From positions 317,688,001-317,752,000 of the forward strand of contig OZ024741.1 of assembly GCA_964016885.1 (NCBI GenBank): a DNA stretch of 64,000 bases, read 5' to 3'. Position 1 is the first letter of the stretch. Every line of letters begins with the position of its first letter. Shown piece by piece: positions 45,965 through 59,860 of this stretch. The translations under genes were made by a program, and so were the position numbers. The notes under the pieces are model-generated. The model was not told the DNA's origin. It did not search any database and worked only from the letters and a program-made list of their open reading frames with translations. Source of the DNA: Eledone cirrhosa (lineage: Eukaryota).

Positions 45965-47500
45965 GTTAAGGACGACCTAACCACCACTGACGGGTAACAT
46001 CACAAGACTGCCACTCTGGATGTGGGGACACTGAAAGACAGATCTGGAGAAATTGTGGAGTTGCTTGAGAGGAGACGTATGTATGAATGCAGTGTTCAAG
46101 AGGTGAGCAGGAAGGGTGTCTCAACATTACTACACACAAGAAGACAATGCAAATATAAGCTTTTCTGGGTTGGAAACGACAATGCGCTACGTGGAGTAGG
46201 CATTCTACTAGATAATGGATAGATATGGTAATTGATGTAGTTAGAGTGACAGAGTTGTTTTAGCCAATAAAATGATGACAGTTATCTCTAACTGTACATC
46301 ACAAGCAAGACTAAGTTAAGAACAAAAGGACCATTTCTATGAAGAACTCTTACAGACAACTTCAGTTACAGAATGCAGAGACCACATCATACAAGCTGGT
46401 AACTTCACAGAACATGTTGGTCAAATCCTGGATGGCTAAATTGGAGTACATGGTGGCTATGGTTATAGTGTGAAGAAGAAGAAGGAGCGAGGCTCCTAGA
46501 AATTGGTGATGCAAATGAACAAACCATTTGCAACACTGACTTCAAGAAACCAGCCAGCTTTCTAATCACCTACCAATCAGGTGATTGACTTCTTACTTGT
46601 TAGAAAACGAGATATAGACAGATGGTTATGGAGAAGAATGCACTACGCAACATAGGTTAGTTGTTAGTGATACTAGAATAAGTACAAGATGGAACAAGAA
46701 ACAGGAAAATCTGGAGGAGGAAAGTTTATAAGCTAACAGACCTTTCTGTTAAATATAGATTCAGGAAAGCTCTGGGATGCTTATGGCAAGAGGGAAGAGT
46801 TAGAGACACATGACATAGAGAACAAATGGAAGTTTATATGAGACATGGGATATGTTCTGCATTGCAAAGCAGTGTCAGTGTGGATCAGGATGTTGTTGGA
46901 GAAAAGTGTATTCAAAATGACACCGGTGCACTTAGCATCACTAATGCTCAAGAGACGGTCACCTGGAAAGATAGACTTTGTATGTAGTAAGTGTACAGAG
47001 ATAGCGCCCTCCTCTACTGCTAATTTTATTACCTAAGTAACAAGCCATCAACAACATCTATGAATTGGAAGTGATTTATATCAGTGGCACTCTTACTATC
47101 AATTGACCCTGGACATCTACTACATACAAACAAAGTCTTCCTTTTCTGTAAGTCTGCCTGTTATCCCACTACACCTCTTTTGTACCCAAGATTTACATTG
47201 TGTACATTGTATAGAGTTTATACATATTCCTTTTCTACATATCATACAAGGTGATTTCCTTTGTAGTTGCTCCTTTCATTGCTGCAACAGTCGTAGGGAT
47301 GACTCCGTCCTGTTTTACCTGATTGACTATGTGGGTTACTAGTTCAGCTCCTACTTCTGATGCTTTTTTTTATCTCTGATAGTCCCATGGTTTTACCATT
47401 CTTCATCTCCTTGATTGCTTCTTTGGCTCTATAACTGTCGATTTCAATAGGTAATCCCACTTTTGAGTCAGCTGGGAGTAATCTCTCTTTCTCTCATTCA
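45965..47500. mobile_element. Heavily decayed RTE fragments (APE on + strand ~45965-46850, RT/PHD pieces on both strands after)
   Basis: VGTLKDRSGEIVELLERR..VQEV..YKLFWVGN; IDFVCSKC. Confidence 0.7.
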
Positions 47501-48288
47501 TTCTCCACATTCACGAACCTCTCATAGTAGCAATTCTCATTTTGTGGCTGTTTTCTTTGTTAGCCGGAAGGACCATGGCTTGCTCATATATTATATTTTT
47601 GGCCTGATTTTCACAGCCTGATACCCTTCCTAATGCCAACATCATTATCACCATTATCATCATTTTACATCCTCTTTCCATGATGATGTGGGTTAGATAG
47701 GTTGTCATGGTTTTAGACTAGATAGTTTGGAGAGTTATATCTCACATGTACTTTCCATTTTTAGCATCCATTTTAAAAATGTAATGATTACATTTTATCA
47801 TGACACTTGCATGACAAAAGGGGCTTTTTAACACTGTCTTAATTCAATTGTTACTGCTTTACAGAGTGTAGTGGGTGTTTGTTATTGTGGCAACAGTACT
47901 AGTGAGTTTACCTTGGATATGGCAAGATTAAAGAGGTACTCCTTACCTTACATTGTCTGCCCTCATTCAACACACATGATCAAGAGAAAATGTAGATGAG
48001 AGTATAATGTCAGAAATACCAGAAAGGGTGGGTGAGCGGGTGTGATGGTATGATGAGAGAAGGGGAATGAATTGGGGTGAGGAGGAGGCGCAGGGGAGAG
48101 GTGCAATTTTAGAATGACACAACACACTATCTAGTATGTGAGTTGAACCCATGACAGTCCGATTGTTAGTTCATCCTATCCACTAGGTTACATGCCCCTT
48201 AAGAAGGCACCAAAAGACTGGACTCTGTTGGGTGGTAACATCTATATATATATATATATATATCATCATCATCATTTTACGTCCGCTT

Positions 48289-48324
<36 letters not shown>

Positions 48325-48692
48325 TCATCATCATCATTGTTAAACATCCATCTACCACGCTAGCATGGGTAGGAGAGACTCCCTTTGTGAGGGATCAGGT
48401 TGGGGAACCATGAATTTGCTCACATAGGGAATAATAAATTATGTGTATATATAATATATATATATGTATATATAAATATATATATATGTATATATAATCA
48501 TCATCGTTTAACGTCTATCTTCCACGCTAGCATGGGTTAGACGGTTTTGTTCCATTTGATGCGGGAATCGTCGGCAGACCATGTCTCACTTGCACGTAAG
48601 CGTCTCTGACAGGTTTTTTACAGCTGGATGCCCTTCCTAACACAAACCACATTTATATATATAATATAATTTATATATATAATATATATATG

Positions 48693-48876
48693 TGGGTTGG
48701 CAGTATCGGTAGAGGGTCGGACTCCATGCTTTCACGCATAGACTTACGGCCCTTGCCATTCTGAGTTCAAATCGCGCCGAGGTTAACTTTCCCTTTCATC
48801 CTTACGGGGACGATAAAATAAAGTACCAGTAATGCACTGGGTATTGCTGGCCTTGTGCCAAAAGTAGAAACAATTA
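48693..48876 (+). mobile_element. Nin/Deu-domain-like SINE
   Basis: GAGTTCAAATCGCGCCGAGGTTAACTTTCCCTTTCATCC..GATAAAATAAAGTACCAG..GTGCCAAAAGTAGAAAC. Confidence 0.75.
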
Positions 48877-49212
48877 CATATATATATATATCATCATCAT
48901 CATTTTACGTCTGCTTTTCCCTGCTTGATGATATCTCCTTATAATATATAACCAGCAATTTCTCTGTCTGTCTGTCCGACAGTGGAAACACGTGCGCGCG
49001 TGGTTGCTATCTCTCTCTCTCTCCAGCTATCCCTCTCTTATAGTCTGTCTGTTTCTCTCACTCTCACTCTTTCTCTTTGTAACACACTAACATTCCTCCC
49101 CTCTATCGCTGTGACGAATGGGGAGATGGAGGAGGAGGAGAGAGTCACTTTGTCACTTCACCTCTGCCTTTCTTTCTCTCCCCTCTCACTCCCTCATTAC
49201 GTACAGACATTA

Positions 49213-49390
49213 GGGCGGTGGATTGGCAGAATCTGTAGAGAGTCGGACACCATGCTTCATAGCATGGAGTTACGTCCTTTTACGGTCTGAGTTCAAATAC
49301 CGCCGAGGTTAACTTTGGGGTCGATAAAATAAAGTACCAGTAATGTACTGGGTAATTGCTGGCCTTGTGCCAAAAGTAGAAACAATTATT
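49213..49390 (+). mobile_element. Nin/Deu-domain-like SINE (further fragments at ~41085, ~42730 on minus, ~51032)
   Basis: Same family as 48693-48876. Confidence 0.75.
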
Positions 49391-49504
49391 AGAAACATTG
49401 CTTCATTTTTACATATCTAAGCATTAGTAAAATAACTAATAATTTCAAAAGTAATTTTTCAATTCCAATTGTTATGAACAGCAAAACATTAATAATAATT
49501 TTGT

Positions 49505-49606
49505 TCTAAGAAATATATATACATTTCTGTGTGTGTAATATATATATACACACACAGAAATATATATATATACACACAGAAATATATATAGATTTCTGTG
49601 TGTGTA

Positions 49607-49637
<31 letters not shown>

Positions 49638-49663
49638 GAAATATATATAGATTTCTGTGTGTG

Positions 49664-49716
<53 letters not shown>

Positions 49717-49725
49717 GAAATATAT
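49505..49725. repeat. Fold-back array of alternating ACACACAGAAAT / ATTTCTGTGTGT units
   Basis: Direct inspection. Confidence 0.8.
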
Positions 49726-50241
49726 GGGCATTTCTCTGTTTGTCTGTCTGTCCTTCCCTAAAACTCAAATGTAGGTGCTACAGAAATATTACCTTCCCCT
49801 TCCTTTCTCCACTTTGGTACTACCAAGAGAAACACTGTCGCTATAGAAACATTACCTTCCCCTCTCCACTGACTTTGGTAACTGAGGCCGAGGGAATCGC
49901 TGGTTGCTATAGAGACACCTTGCACAAGCCAGAAGTAACCAGTTCAAGGCGGTTCTGACTTGACACCATGCCAAGGACCATTTGAAGATATATTTCCATC
50001 GTTATATCATAACGTTTATATTTCCGTCACTAATCTCTTTTTCTCCTTTTTCGTTTTAACATATATTTATTTCAAAGATTTCACCGTATAGATAACATAT
50101 ATATTTATACATGCATAAAAGACACACCGAGAGACGGTGAACATGTGGTGCCGAAAACATTTCTCATCCAAATCTCAACAATATCAGTATATACACTAGA
50201 TTTTCTAGCAGAAAACCGCCCACCGGGTGGTTTTCTGCTAG

Positions 50242-50847
50242 TCTATATATATAAAACTGAGGATGTCTGTGTTGAGTTTGAATCCCTAAAACTCGAAGTA
50301 CCCAACCGATTTTTTTTCAAAATTTACATGTGTATTACTTATGTTTCATGGAGTGTTATGCACATAAAATCCAACTTTTTGATCCCCTAGGGCCCGCATT
50401 AGGTGAAAAACTGCGTTTTTTCAGCTTTTTAGGGTTCTTTTGAGGCATTACGTCAGACCAATTTCCTTGAAATTGTAACTATGTATTAGTCAGTCTCTTT
50501 TTCATACTGTGAGCAAAGAAAATCCAACTTTTTTATGGCCTAGGGCCCGTATTGGGTGAAAAACTTCATTTTTTTTCAGCTTTTTAGGGCTCTTTTTGAG
50601 GCATTACGTCTAGCCAATTTTCCCACATTTTATGCACATAAAAAAAATTCATTTTCTTGATCCCCTAGGATCAACCTGCATTTTTCCTGCTTCATCAAGG
50701 AAAATCTTAAAGATTATCCAGCGATCAGAGTATTTGGTTTATTTTCTTTACATATTGTCCAGGCATGCAGTTTTTCCACGATTAGGTCTGTTGGCGGCCC
50801 GCGTTCCAAAATACCTTATCCCGTGTAACACCGGGTACCACTGCTAG
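50242..50847 (+). mobile_element. Non-autonomous Helitron
   Basis: 5' TCTATATATATAAAA; 3' hairpin CCCGTGTAACACCGGG then CTAG followed by T; internal ~155-bp tandem repeats. Confidence 0.75.
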
Positions 50848-51139
50848 TATATGATATAATATTATATATATATATGATATAATATTATATATAATATAAT
50901 ATTATATATAATATATAATATATATAATATTATATATATATAATATTATATATATTTATATATAATATATATATGTATATATATATATCTAATAATATAT
51001 ATATGTATATACATATATATATCTAATATTTTTGCCTTTCATCCTTACGGGGTCGATAAAATAAAGTACCAGTAATGTACTGGGTAATTGCTGGCTTTGT
51101 GCCTAAAGTAAAAACAATTATATATATATATATATATTA

Positions 51140-51455
51140 CCGTTGTTTCATGCTAGCATGGGTTAGACAGGTTGTCCTGTTGTGGGTAGTGTCCAGTCGG
51201 CTGACATTGTCGTGCTCATACGGCAACTGATTCTGGCTTGATTTCTATAGCTGGATGCCCTTCCTAACACCAACCTCATTTACAGTGAGTGCTGGGTGCT
51301 TTTTTTCCGTGGCACCTACACGTCCACTTTACAGTGTGGGATGGGTGCTTTTTTGCCGTGGCACCTCCACAACCACTTTGCAGTGGGAGGGGGGGCCAGG
51401 GCATATTGTCTATATGCTTCAGCTTCGGCTTGTACTCGTGGGAAGTCGGGTCTTA
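51140..51455 (-). mobile_element. RTE subfamily A-related 3'UTR
   Basis: Similarity to 6465-6780. Confidence 0.8.
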
Positions 51456-51473
51456 TAATATTATATATATAAT

Positions 51474-51862
51474 CATCATCATCATTTTTTTTTTTTTACG
51501 TCCGCTTTTCCCTGCTTGCAAGGGTGGGATGGGAACTGATTCTGGCTTGATTTCTACAGCTGGATGCCCTTCCTAACACCAACCTCATTTGCAGTAAGTG
51601 CTGGGTGCTTTTTTTCCATGGCGCCTACACGTCCACTTTACAGTGTGTGCTGGGTGCTTTTTTGCCATGGCACCTCCATGACCACTTTGCAGTGGAATGA
51701 TAGGGACCCCAGTCCCTATCATCTCATTTCTACAGCTCAGTAAACTGGAGCAATGTGAAATAAAGTGTCTTGCTCAAGGAAACAACACATCACCCGGTCT
51801 GAGAATTGACCTCACAACCTTTCGATTGCAAGGCCAATGCTCTAACCACTAAGCCATGTGCC
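51474..51862 (-). mobile_element. tRNA-derived CORE-like SINE with RTE 3' tail
   Basis: Reverse complement of the family at 60948. Confidence 0.85.
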
Positions 51863-51906
51863 TATATATATATATATATAAAGAATTTGCTCCGAAAGCA
51901 TTTGAC

Positions 51907-51995
51907 GGGTCCGACGAGCCCGTAGGTCCAGAGTCAGACAAGATCCATGCAATGATCGTGTCTCGAGCTGTCCGCCGGCGAAACAATTGTAACAC
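51907..51995 (+). ncRNA. Degenerate type I hammerhead with long stem II (U4>C)
   Basis: GT-CCGACGA-GCC..long hairpin..GGC-GAA-ACAATTGT-A^AC. Confidence 0.6.
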
Positions 51996-52229
51996 ACAAT
52001 AAATTGATTTCAGCTGCATCACTGAGTTTTCGTTTTATATTATATATATAATATTAAATTATATATATATATATATATGTACCGCCCTTGCAAGCAGGGA
52101 AAAAGCGTACGTAAAATGAAATGATAAAATGATATATAATATTAAATTATATATATATATATAATATTAAATTATATATATATATATATAATACTAAATT
52201 ATTTATATATAATATTAAATTATATATTT

Positions 52230-52559
52230 TCATTCATTTTACGTCCACTTTTCCCTGCTTGCAAGGGTGGGAGGGGAACTGATTCTGGCTTGATTTCTAC
52301 AGCTGGATGCCCTTCCTAACACCAACCTCATTTACAGTGAGTGCTGGGTGCTTTTCTGCCGTGGCACCTCCACGACCACTTTGCAGTGGAATGATAGGGA
52401 CCCCAGTCCCTATCATCTCATTTCTACAGCTGAGTAAACTGGAGCAATGTGAAATAAAGTGTCTTGCTCAAGGAAACAACACATCACCCGGTCTGAGAAT
52501 TGAACTCACAACCTTTTGATTGCAAGGACAATGCTCTAACCACTAAGCCATGTGCCTCC
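52230..52559 (-). mobile_element. tRNA-CORE-RTE SINE
   Basis: A box TGGCTTAGTGG, B box GTTCAATTC, CCTTGAGCAAGACACTT core, RTE tail. Confidence 0.88.
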
Positions 52560-52621
52560 ATATATATATAATATTAAATTATAAATATATATATATAATA
52601 TTAAATTATATATATATATAT

Positions 52622-52948
52622 GGAAGCACATGGCTTAGTGGTTAGCTTGCAATCGAAAGGTTGTGAGTTCAATTCTCAGACCGGGTGATGTGTTGTTTCC
52701 TTGAGCAAGACACGTTATTTCACATTGCTCCAGTTTACTCAGCTGTAGAAATGAGATGATAGGGACTGGGGTTCATATCATTTCACTGCAAAGTTGACGT
52801 GGAGGCGCCACGGCAAAAAAGCAACCAGCACTCACTGTAAATGAGGTTGGTGTTAGGAAGGGCATCCAGCTGTAGAAATCAAGCCAGAATCAGTTCCCGT
52901 CCCACCCTTGCAAGCAGGGAAAAGTGGACGTAAAATGATGATGATGAT
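52622..52948 (+). mobile_element. tRNA-CORE-RTE SINE (inverted partner of the previous copy)
   Basis: Same motifs; (GAT)n tail. Confidence 0.88.
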
Positions 52949-53050
52949 ATATATATATAATATTAAATTATATATATAATATATATATATAATATTAAAT
53001 TATATAATATATATATATATAATATAAAATATATATAATATAATATATAT

Positions 53051-53318
53051 AATTCTCAGACCGGGTGATGTGTTGTTTCCTTGAGCAAGACACTTTATTT
53101 CACATTGCTCCAGTTTACTGAGCTGTAGAAATGAGATGATAGGGACTGGGGTCCCTATCATTCCACTGCAAAGTGGTCGTGGACGTGCCACGGCAAAAAA
53201 GCACCCAGCACTCACTGAAAATGAGGTTGGTGTTAGGGCATCCAGCTTTAGAAATCAAGCCAAAATCAGTTCCTGTCCCACCCTTGCAAGCAGGGAAAAG
53301 CGGACGTAAACTGATGAT
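53051..53318 (+). mobile_element. 5'-truncated tRNA-CORE-RTE SINE
   Basis: Same family. Confidence 0.85.
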
Positions 53319-53885
53319 ATATATATAATATATATATATATAATATATATATAATATATATATATATATAATATATATATATATAATATATATATATATT
53401 ATATATATATATTATATATATATATATATATATAATATATATATGTATAATATATATATAATATATATATATATATAATATATATATATAATATATATAT
53501 ATATATAATATCATCATCATCATCATCATCTTCGTTTAACGTCCATATTCCACGCTCGCATGGGTTTGGACGGGAGTTTTCCCACTTGAGGCAAGAGTGG
53601 TTATCTTGCTCGCATAGGACTGTCTGGCGTGTTTTCTACGGCTGGATGCCCTTCCTAACACCAACCACATTTACAAATATATATATATGTAATATATATA
53701 TATATAATATATATATATATAATATATATATATATATATAATTAATATATATATAATATATATAATATATATATATATAATATATATATTATATATATAA
53801 TATATATATATATATAATCTATATATAATATATATATATATATAATATATAATATATATATATATATAATATATATATAATATAT

Positions 53886-54752
53886 AAAAAGTTCAGAGAG
53901 CTTATACCACTATTAGCTGCTAAAGGGTTCTCCCTAAAAATGAAAGGCAGGTTGTACGATGTCTGCATACGAACAGCAATGCTGCATGGCAGTGAGACCT
54001 GGGCATTGTGTGCAGAGGATATACGCAGACTAGAGAGGAACGAAGCTTGCATGCTCCGCTGGATGTGTAACAGTAATATACGTGAACGGCAAAGCATAAA
54101 CGAACTAAGGAAAAAATTAGAGATAAGAGGGATCAGATGTTGTTTACTCGAGAGAAGGCTACGTTGGTATGGACACTTGATGCGCATGAAAGTCGATAGC
54201 TGTATAACAAAGTGCGGGGCAATAAAGATAGACGGTAGTCACGGAATAGGCAGACCTAGAAAAACCTGGGACGAGCTGATAAACTCCGACATCACACACT
54301 TACACCTCTCCAAGACAATGTCACTGGACCGAGACCTTTGGCGGTACTCAGTAACAGAGAAGACCCGCCTTACCTAAATACATAGTAAAACCTACTCCAG
54401 CCAGTAGGCATCTCTAACAAAATACACCCCACCCCATCCACACCACCCCGTTCTATATAAAGTTATGTTGGTGCCGCGCAATTCAGGCCGAAACAAATGA
54501 GATCGTGTAGGTGTCGCGACAAAAAAACACACAGTCCACGCTGTAATGTGGCCGTGTAGGCAACACGGTAAAAACCTCCCAGACCCACACTGTAAATGTG
54601 GTTGGTGTTAGGAAGGGCATCCAACTGTAGAAAACCTGCCAGACAGTCCTATGCGAGCAAGACAATCACTCTTGCCTCAAGTGGGACTACCCCCGTCCAA
54701 ACCCATGCAAGCGTGGAACACGGACGTTAAACGTTGATGATGATGATGATGA
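53886..54752 (+). mobile_element. 5'-truncated RTE subfamily B
   Basis: ORF 53940..54377 ending EKTRLT; (GAT)n tail. Confidence 0.92.
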
Positions 54753-55288
54753 TATATATAATATATATATATATATAATATATAATATATATATATATAT
54801 AATATATAATATATATATATATATAATATATATATATATTATATATATATAATATATATATATATATAATATATATATATAATATATATATACAATATAT
54901 ATATACAATATATATATATATAATATATATATATACAATATGTATATATATAATATATATATATATATAATTTATATATATATATGATATATATATATAA
55001 TATATATATATATATAAAATATATATATAATATATATATATATACAATATGTATATATATAATATATATATATATATAATTTATATATATATATGATATA
55101 TATATATAATATATATATATATATAAAATATATATATAATATATATATATATGATATATATATATATATATGATATATATATATGATATATATATATATA
55201 TATGATATATATATATATAATATATATATAATATATATATATATAATATATATATATATATGATATATATATATATATAATATATATA

Positions 55289-57810
55289 TCATCATCACCG
55301 TTTTACGTCCGTTCTTCCACGCTAGCATGGGTTAGACGGGTTGTCCTGTTGTGGGCAGTGTCTGGTCGGCTGACCATGCCTTGCTCATACAGGAACTGAT
55401 CTGGCTTGATTTCTACAGCTGGATGCCCTTCCTAACACCAACCTCATTTACAGTGAGTGCTGGGTGCTTTTTCGTGGCGCCTACACGTCCACTTTACAGT
55501 GTGGGCTGGGTGCTTTTTTGCCGTGGCACCTCCACGGCCACCTTGCGGTGGAGGGGGGGGGGGGGGGGGGGGGCATATTGTTTATATGCTTCAGCATGTA
55601 CCCATGGGAGGTCGGGTACCCTGTATTACTGCGTGACGCCAGAAGTCACGGTCGTGTGTCATTGACTTTGAGAGGTGTAGTTGGGTAAGGTCGGCTTTTA
55701 TCACCTCATCCCAAGTCATCTTGGGTCTCCCCACTCCGCGGTTTCCATCAACTTCTAGTGCTCTGCACCTTTTTATGCAGCTGTCATCCTTCATACGCAT
55801 CACATGTCCATACCAGCGTAACCGCCTCTCCTGCACGCAGCATTTGATTCCTCTTATGCTCAGTCTCTCTCTCAATTCCTTTATGCTTTGTCGTTCACGT
55901 ATATTACTGTTATACATCCATCGGAGCATGCAGGCTTCGTTTCTCTCTAATCTACGTAAGTCTTCCACCTTCAGCGCCCAGGTCTCACTACCATGCAACA
56001 TCGCTGTTCGGATACACGCATCATACAGTCTGCCTTTCATTCTGAGGGAGAAGCCTTTTGCAGCTAGCAGTGGTAGTAGTTCCCTAAACTTCTTCCATCC
56101 CGTTCTTACCCTAGTTATTGTACTTTCTGAGCACCCACCTCCGTTGCTAATTCGGTCACCTAGGTAGCAGAAGCTGTCTACTGTTTCTACAGGGCCCTCC
56201 CAGAGATTGGTGGTACTTGTTTCCTGTGGCTGTTTGCTTGCTGTTTCAGCACAGCTGCTGCATGTGAATCCTACATTCTTAATTAAGCTTCCTGAGATCC
56301 CGCTACATCTCTTGTGTACCCATTGTTTGCATTTGGGGCAGAGAATGGAGTTTCTACCTACACCTTTCCTACATACTGAGCAAGGCCATTTCCCTGAGGG
56401 GATCTGGGTTCTGTTTTCTCGTCTACTTACAAGGACCTTAGTCTTTGTCATGTTGACTTTGAGGCCCTTTCTCTCTAGTCCCTGCTTCCAGGTTTGGAAT
56501 TTATTCTCTAGTTCTACCATAGATTCAGCTATGAGTGCGAGGTCATCAGCATACAGGAGTTCCCATGGGCATCCGGTCTTAAACTCCTCCGTTATTGCCT
56601 GCAGGACTATGATGAACAGGAGAGGGCTAAGAACAGAGCCCTGGTGGACCCCAACCTGTACGCTAAATTCCTCGCTATACTCATTGCCAATCCTAACTTT
56701 GCTGACTGCTCCCCTATACATGGCTTGTACCGCTTTCACAAGCCATTCATCTACTCCTAGTTTTCTAAGAGCCCACCAGATTACTGCACGTGGAACTCTG
56801 TCAAAGGCTTTCTCAAGGTCGACAAATGCCAAGTAGAGTGGCTTACTTTTAGCTAGGTACTTTTCCTGTAATTGCCTCACAAGGAAGAGGGCATCAGTGG
56901 TGCTTTTCCCTGGTACAAACCCAAATTGCATCTCGTCTATATTCACCCGGTCCCTAATCAGCTGTGCTATAACTCTTTCTGTTACTTTCATGACCTGGTC
57001 CATCAACTTTATACCTCTATAGTTTCCTCTATCTAGGCATCGCCTTTACCTTTGTAGCAGTTGACAATGATGCTACTGCACCAATCTTTTGGTATGGCCC
57101 CCTCTAGTATTACCTGGTTAACGATACGTGTGGTTATAGTGTGACCTACAGACCCAGATGCCTTCAGCATCTCGGCAGCTATACCCGATGGACCGGTTGC
57201 CTTCCCTATCTTCATATCTCTGATTGCCTTACTTACTACGCTGCCGCTGACTTGTACTGCTGGTCCCTCTATAGGGTCTACGTGGGGTAGGGTCTCTTCT
57301 TCCCATGCATTCTCCTCATTTAGTAATCTATCATAATGACTCTTCCATGCATCTTTCTTCTCAGCACTTGTGAGGGCAAGCTCACCTTTATCATTCCGGA
57401 TACACTTCTCTCCAATGACATCACAACTATCTCTGACACACTGCCTCGCAATCTTGAATACCTCCTGTTTCTGGTCCTCACGTTGTAAAACATGCTTGAA
57501 TTTTCTATCCTCTGCTTCCCTCCTAGCTAAGTATACTTGTCGCCTAGCTTCCCTCTTGGTCTCTATGTAATGTACCCTGCTCCCCCCGTTCTTCCATTCT
57601 TTCCATGCCTGTCTCTTGGCCTTGACTGCTTCATCTACCTTATTGTTCCACCACCAAGTCACTCTCCTCCTGCTTGAGGTCTTACTCCAGCCACAAACCT
57701 CATCCGTCGCCTCTAGTAAGTTATTTTTTAGGAACTCCAGTTCTCTTCTACGTTAAATGTCTGTATCTGTTCTTCTTTACTGTCGTAGGCGTTGAGTAAA
57801 ATATCTTTAA
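55289..57810 (-). mobile_element. 5'-truncated RTE subfamily A, 2.5 kb, frameshift near 57035
   Basis: ORFs 57033..57662 and 55591..57006; nearly identical to 9836-11641. Confidence 0.95.
55591..57006 (-). CDS. RTE reverse transcriptase C-terminal part
   Basis: Same motifs as 9924..11339, with only a handful of substitutions. Confidence 0.9.
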   Translation of the reverse strand: MMDQVMKVTERVIAQLIRDRVNIDEMQFGFVPGKSTTDALFLVRQLQEKYLAKSKPLYLAFVDLEKAFDRVPRAVIWWALRKLGVDEWLVKAVQAMYRGAVSKVRIGNEYSEEFSVQVGVHQGSVLSPLLFIIVLQAITEEFKTGCPWELLYADDLALIAESMVELENKFQTWKQGLERKGLKVNMTKTKVLVSRRENRTQIPSGKWPCSVCRKGVGRNSILCPKCKQWVHKRCSGISGSLIKNVGFTCSSCAETASKQPQETSTTNLWEGPVETVDSFCYLGDRISNGGGCSESTITRVRTGWKKFRELLPLLAAKGFSLRMKGRLYDACIRTAMLHGSETWALKVEDLRRLERNEACMLRWMYNSNIRERQSIKELRERLSIRGIKCCVQERRLRWYGHVMRMKDDSCIKRCRALEVDGNRGVGRPKMTWDEVIKADLTQLHLSKSMTHDRDFWRHAVIQGTRPPMGTC

Positions 57811-58074
57811 ATATATATATATAATATATATATATATAATATATATATATATAATATATATATATATATATAATATATATATATATATATAATATATATA
57901 TATATGATATATATATTAATATATATATAATATATATATAATATATATATAATATATATATAATATATATATATATATAATATATATATATATATAATAT
58001 ATATATATATATAATATATATATATATATAATATAATATATATATATAATATATATATATATATATAATATAAT

Positions 58075-58106
<32 letters not shown>

Positions 58107-58414
58107 ATATAATATATATATAATATAATATATATATAATATAATATATATATAATATATATATAATATATATATAATATAATATATAATATAATATATA
58201 TATATAATATATATATAATATAATATATATATATAATATATATATATATATATAATATAATATATATATATAATATATATATAATATAATATATATATAT
58301 AATATATATATATATATATAATATATATATATATATAATATAATATATATATATATATATATAATATAATATATATATAATATAATATATATATATATAT
58401 ATATATAATATATA

Positions 58415-58982
58415 TTTATTAAAATAACAGTTTAAAGTTTAAGCAAAGAATCGCTGCTTTCACCCTTAACGGGATCTTCTGAAACTAACAAAGTCAATCT
58501 GTAAACGCAGAAGTGGATATTTCAAAAAACGTTGCAACCGGAGGAAGACAGGAAGACGATACTTTGGTTCGTGGAAACGTTCGCTGGCTATGCAAATAAG
58601 TAATGGTATAAACAAAACATATACTTAGCTCCCACATCAAGACGTAAAATATCCACCTATAAATCGTACTATCCGTTAGGGTATAACGTGGGGCTGTAAT
58701 ACAGGAAAGGTTTGTGCAATTTATGTTTACAAGCCGAAATTGCTTCAGATTTTTGGTTTAAGATGTGGTCTGTGGCGTAGAATATTTCCAGGGCCTCAGC
58801 GGCGCAGAGGTCACACGGTCTTTTATTTCCGTTATGCGATCTAGCCCAAGCTAGAATCCAGTGTAACTTATATTGGGTGTGGTTGTCTTTTAGACTCCAG
58901 ATATAAGCTGAAAGTGACGTCATATTCCTTCTTAGAGGGTAACGAAAAGAATGGGTATGCATGTAAAGACACTGCTTGAATC
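58415..58982 (-). mobile_element. Penelope-like element 3' end (GIY-YIG C-terminus and pLTR with HHR)
   Basis: ORF 58669..58962 H..SF..TSLSAYIWSLKD..CDLC..E.LEI; HHR-like motif at 58436. Confidence 0.8.
58436..58486 (-). ncRNA. Type I hammerhead-like motif (U4>A, U10.1-U11.1, CUU site)
   Basis: Minus strand AGTTT-CAGAAGA-tCCC(GTTAA)GGGt-GAA-AGCA..TGCT-T^AAACT. Confidence 0.65.
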
Positions 58983-59002
58983 TATATATATATATATAAT
59001 AT

Positions 59003-59051
<49 letters not shown>

Positions 59052-59137
59052 TATATTGGTGTTAGGAAGGGCATCCAACCAGTGTATCAATGCCAAAACT
59101 CTTATCAGCACAGCAACAAATAGGAACAACAAAATAT

Positions 59138-59171
<34 letters not shown>

Positions 59172-59377
59172 ATATATTATATATATATATATATATAATA
59201 TATATATATAATATATATATATAATATATATATATAATATATATATATATTATATATATATATATATATAATATATATATATAATATATATATATATTAT
59301 ATATATATATATATATAATATATATATATAATATATATATATAATATATATATATAATATATATATATAATATATAT

Positions 59378-59409
<32 letters not shown>

Positions 59410-59449
59410 ATATATATATATATATAATATATATATATATATATTATAT

Positions 59450-59483
<34 letters not shown>

Positions 59484-59489
59484 ATATAT

Positions 59490-59521
<32 letters not shown>

Positions 59522-59527
59522 ATATAT

Positions 59528-59580
<53 letters not shown>

Positions 59581-59607
59581 ATATATATATATATATATAA
59601 TATATAT

Positions 59608-59780
<173 letters not shown>

Positions 59781-59860
59781 ATATATATATATAATATATA
59801 TATAATATATATATATTATATATATATATATATATAATATATATATATCTATCTATCTAT

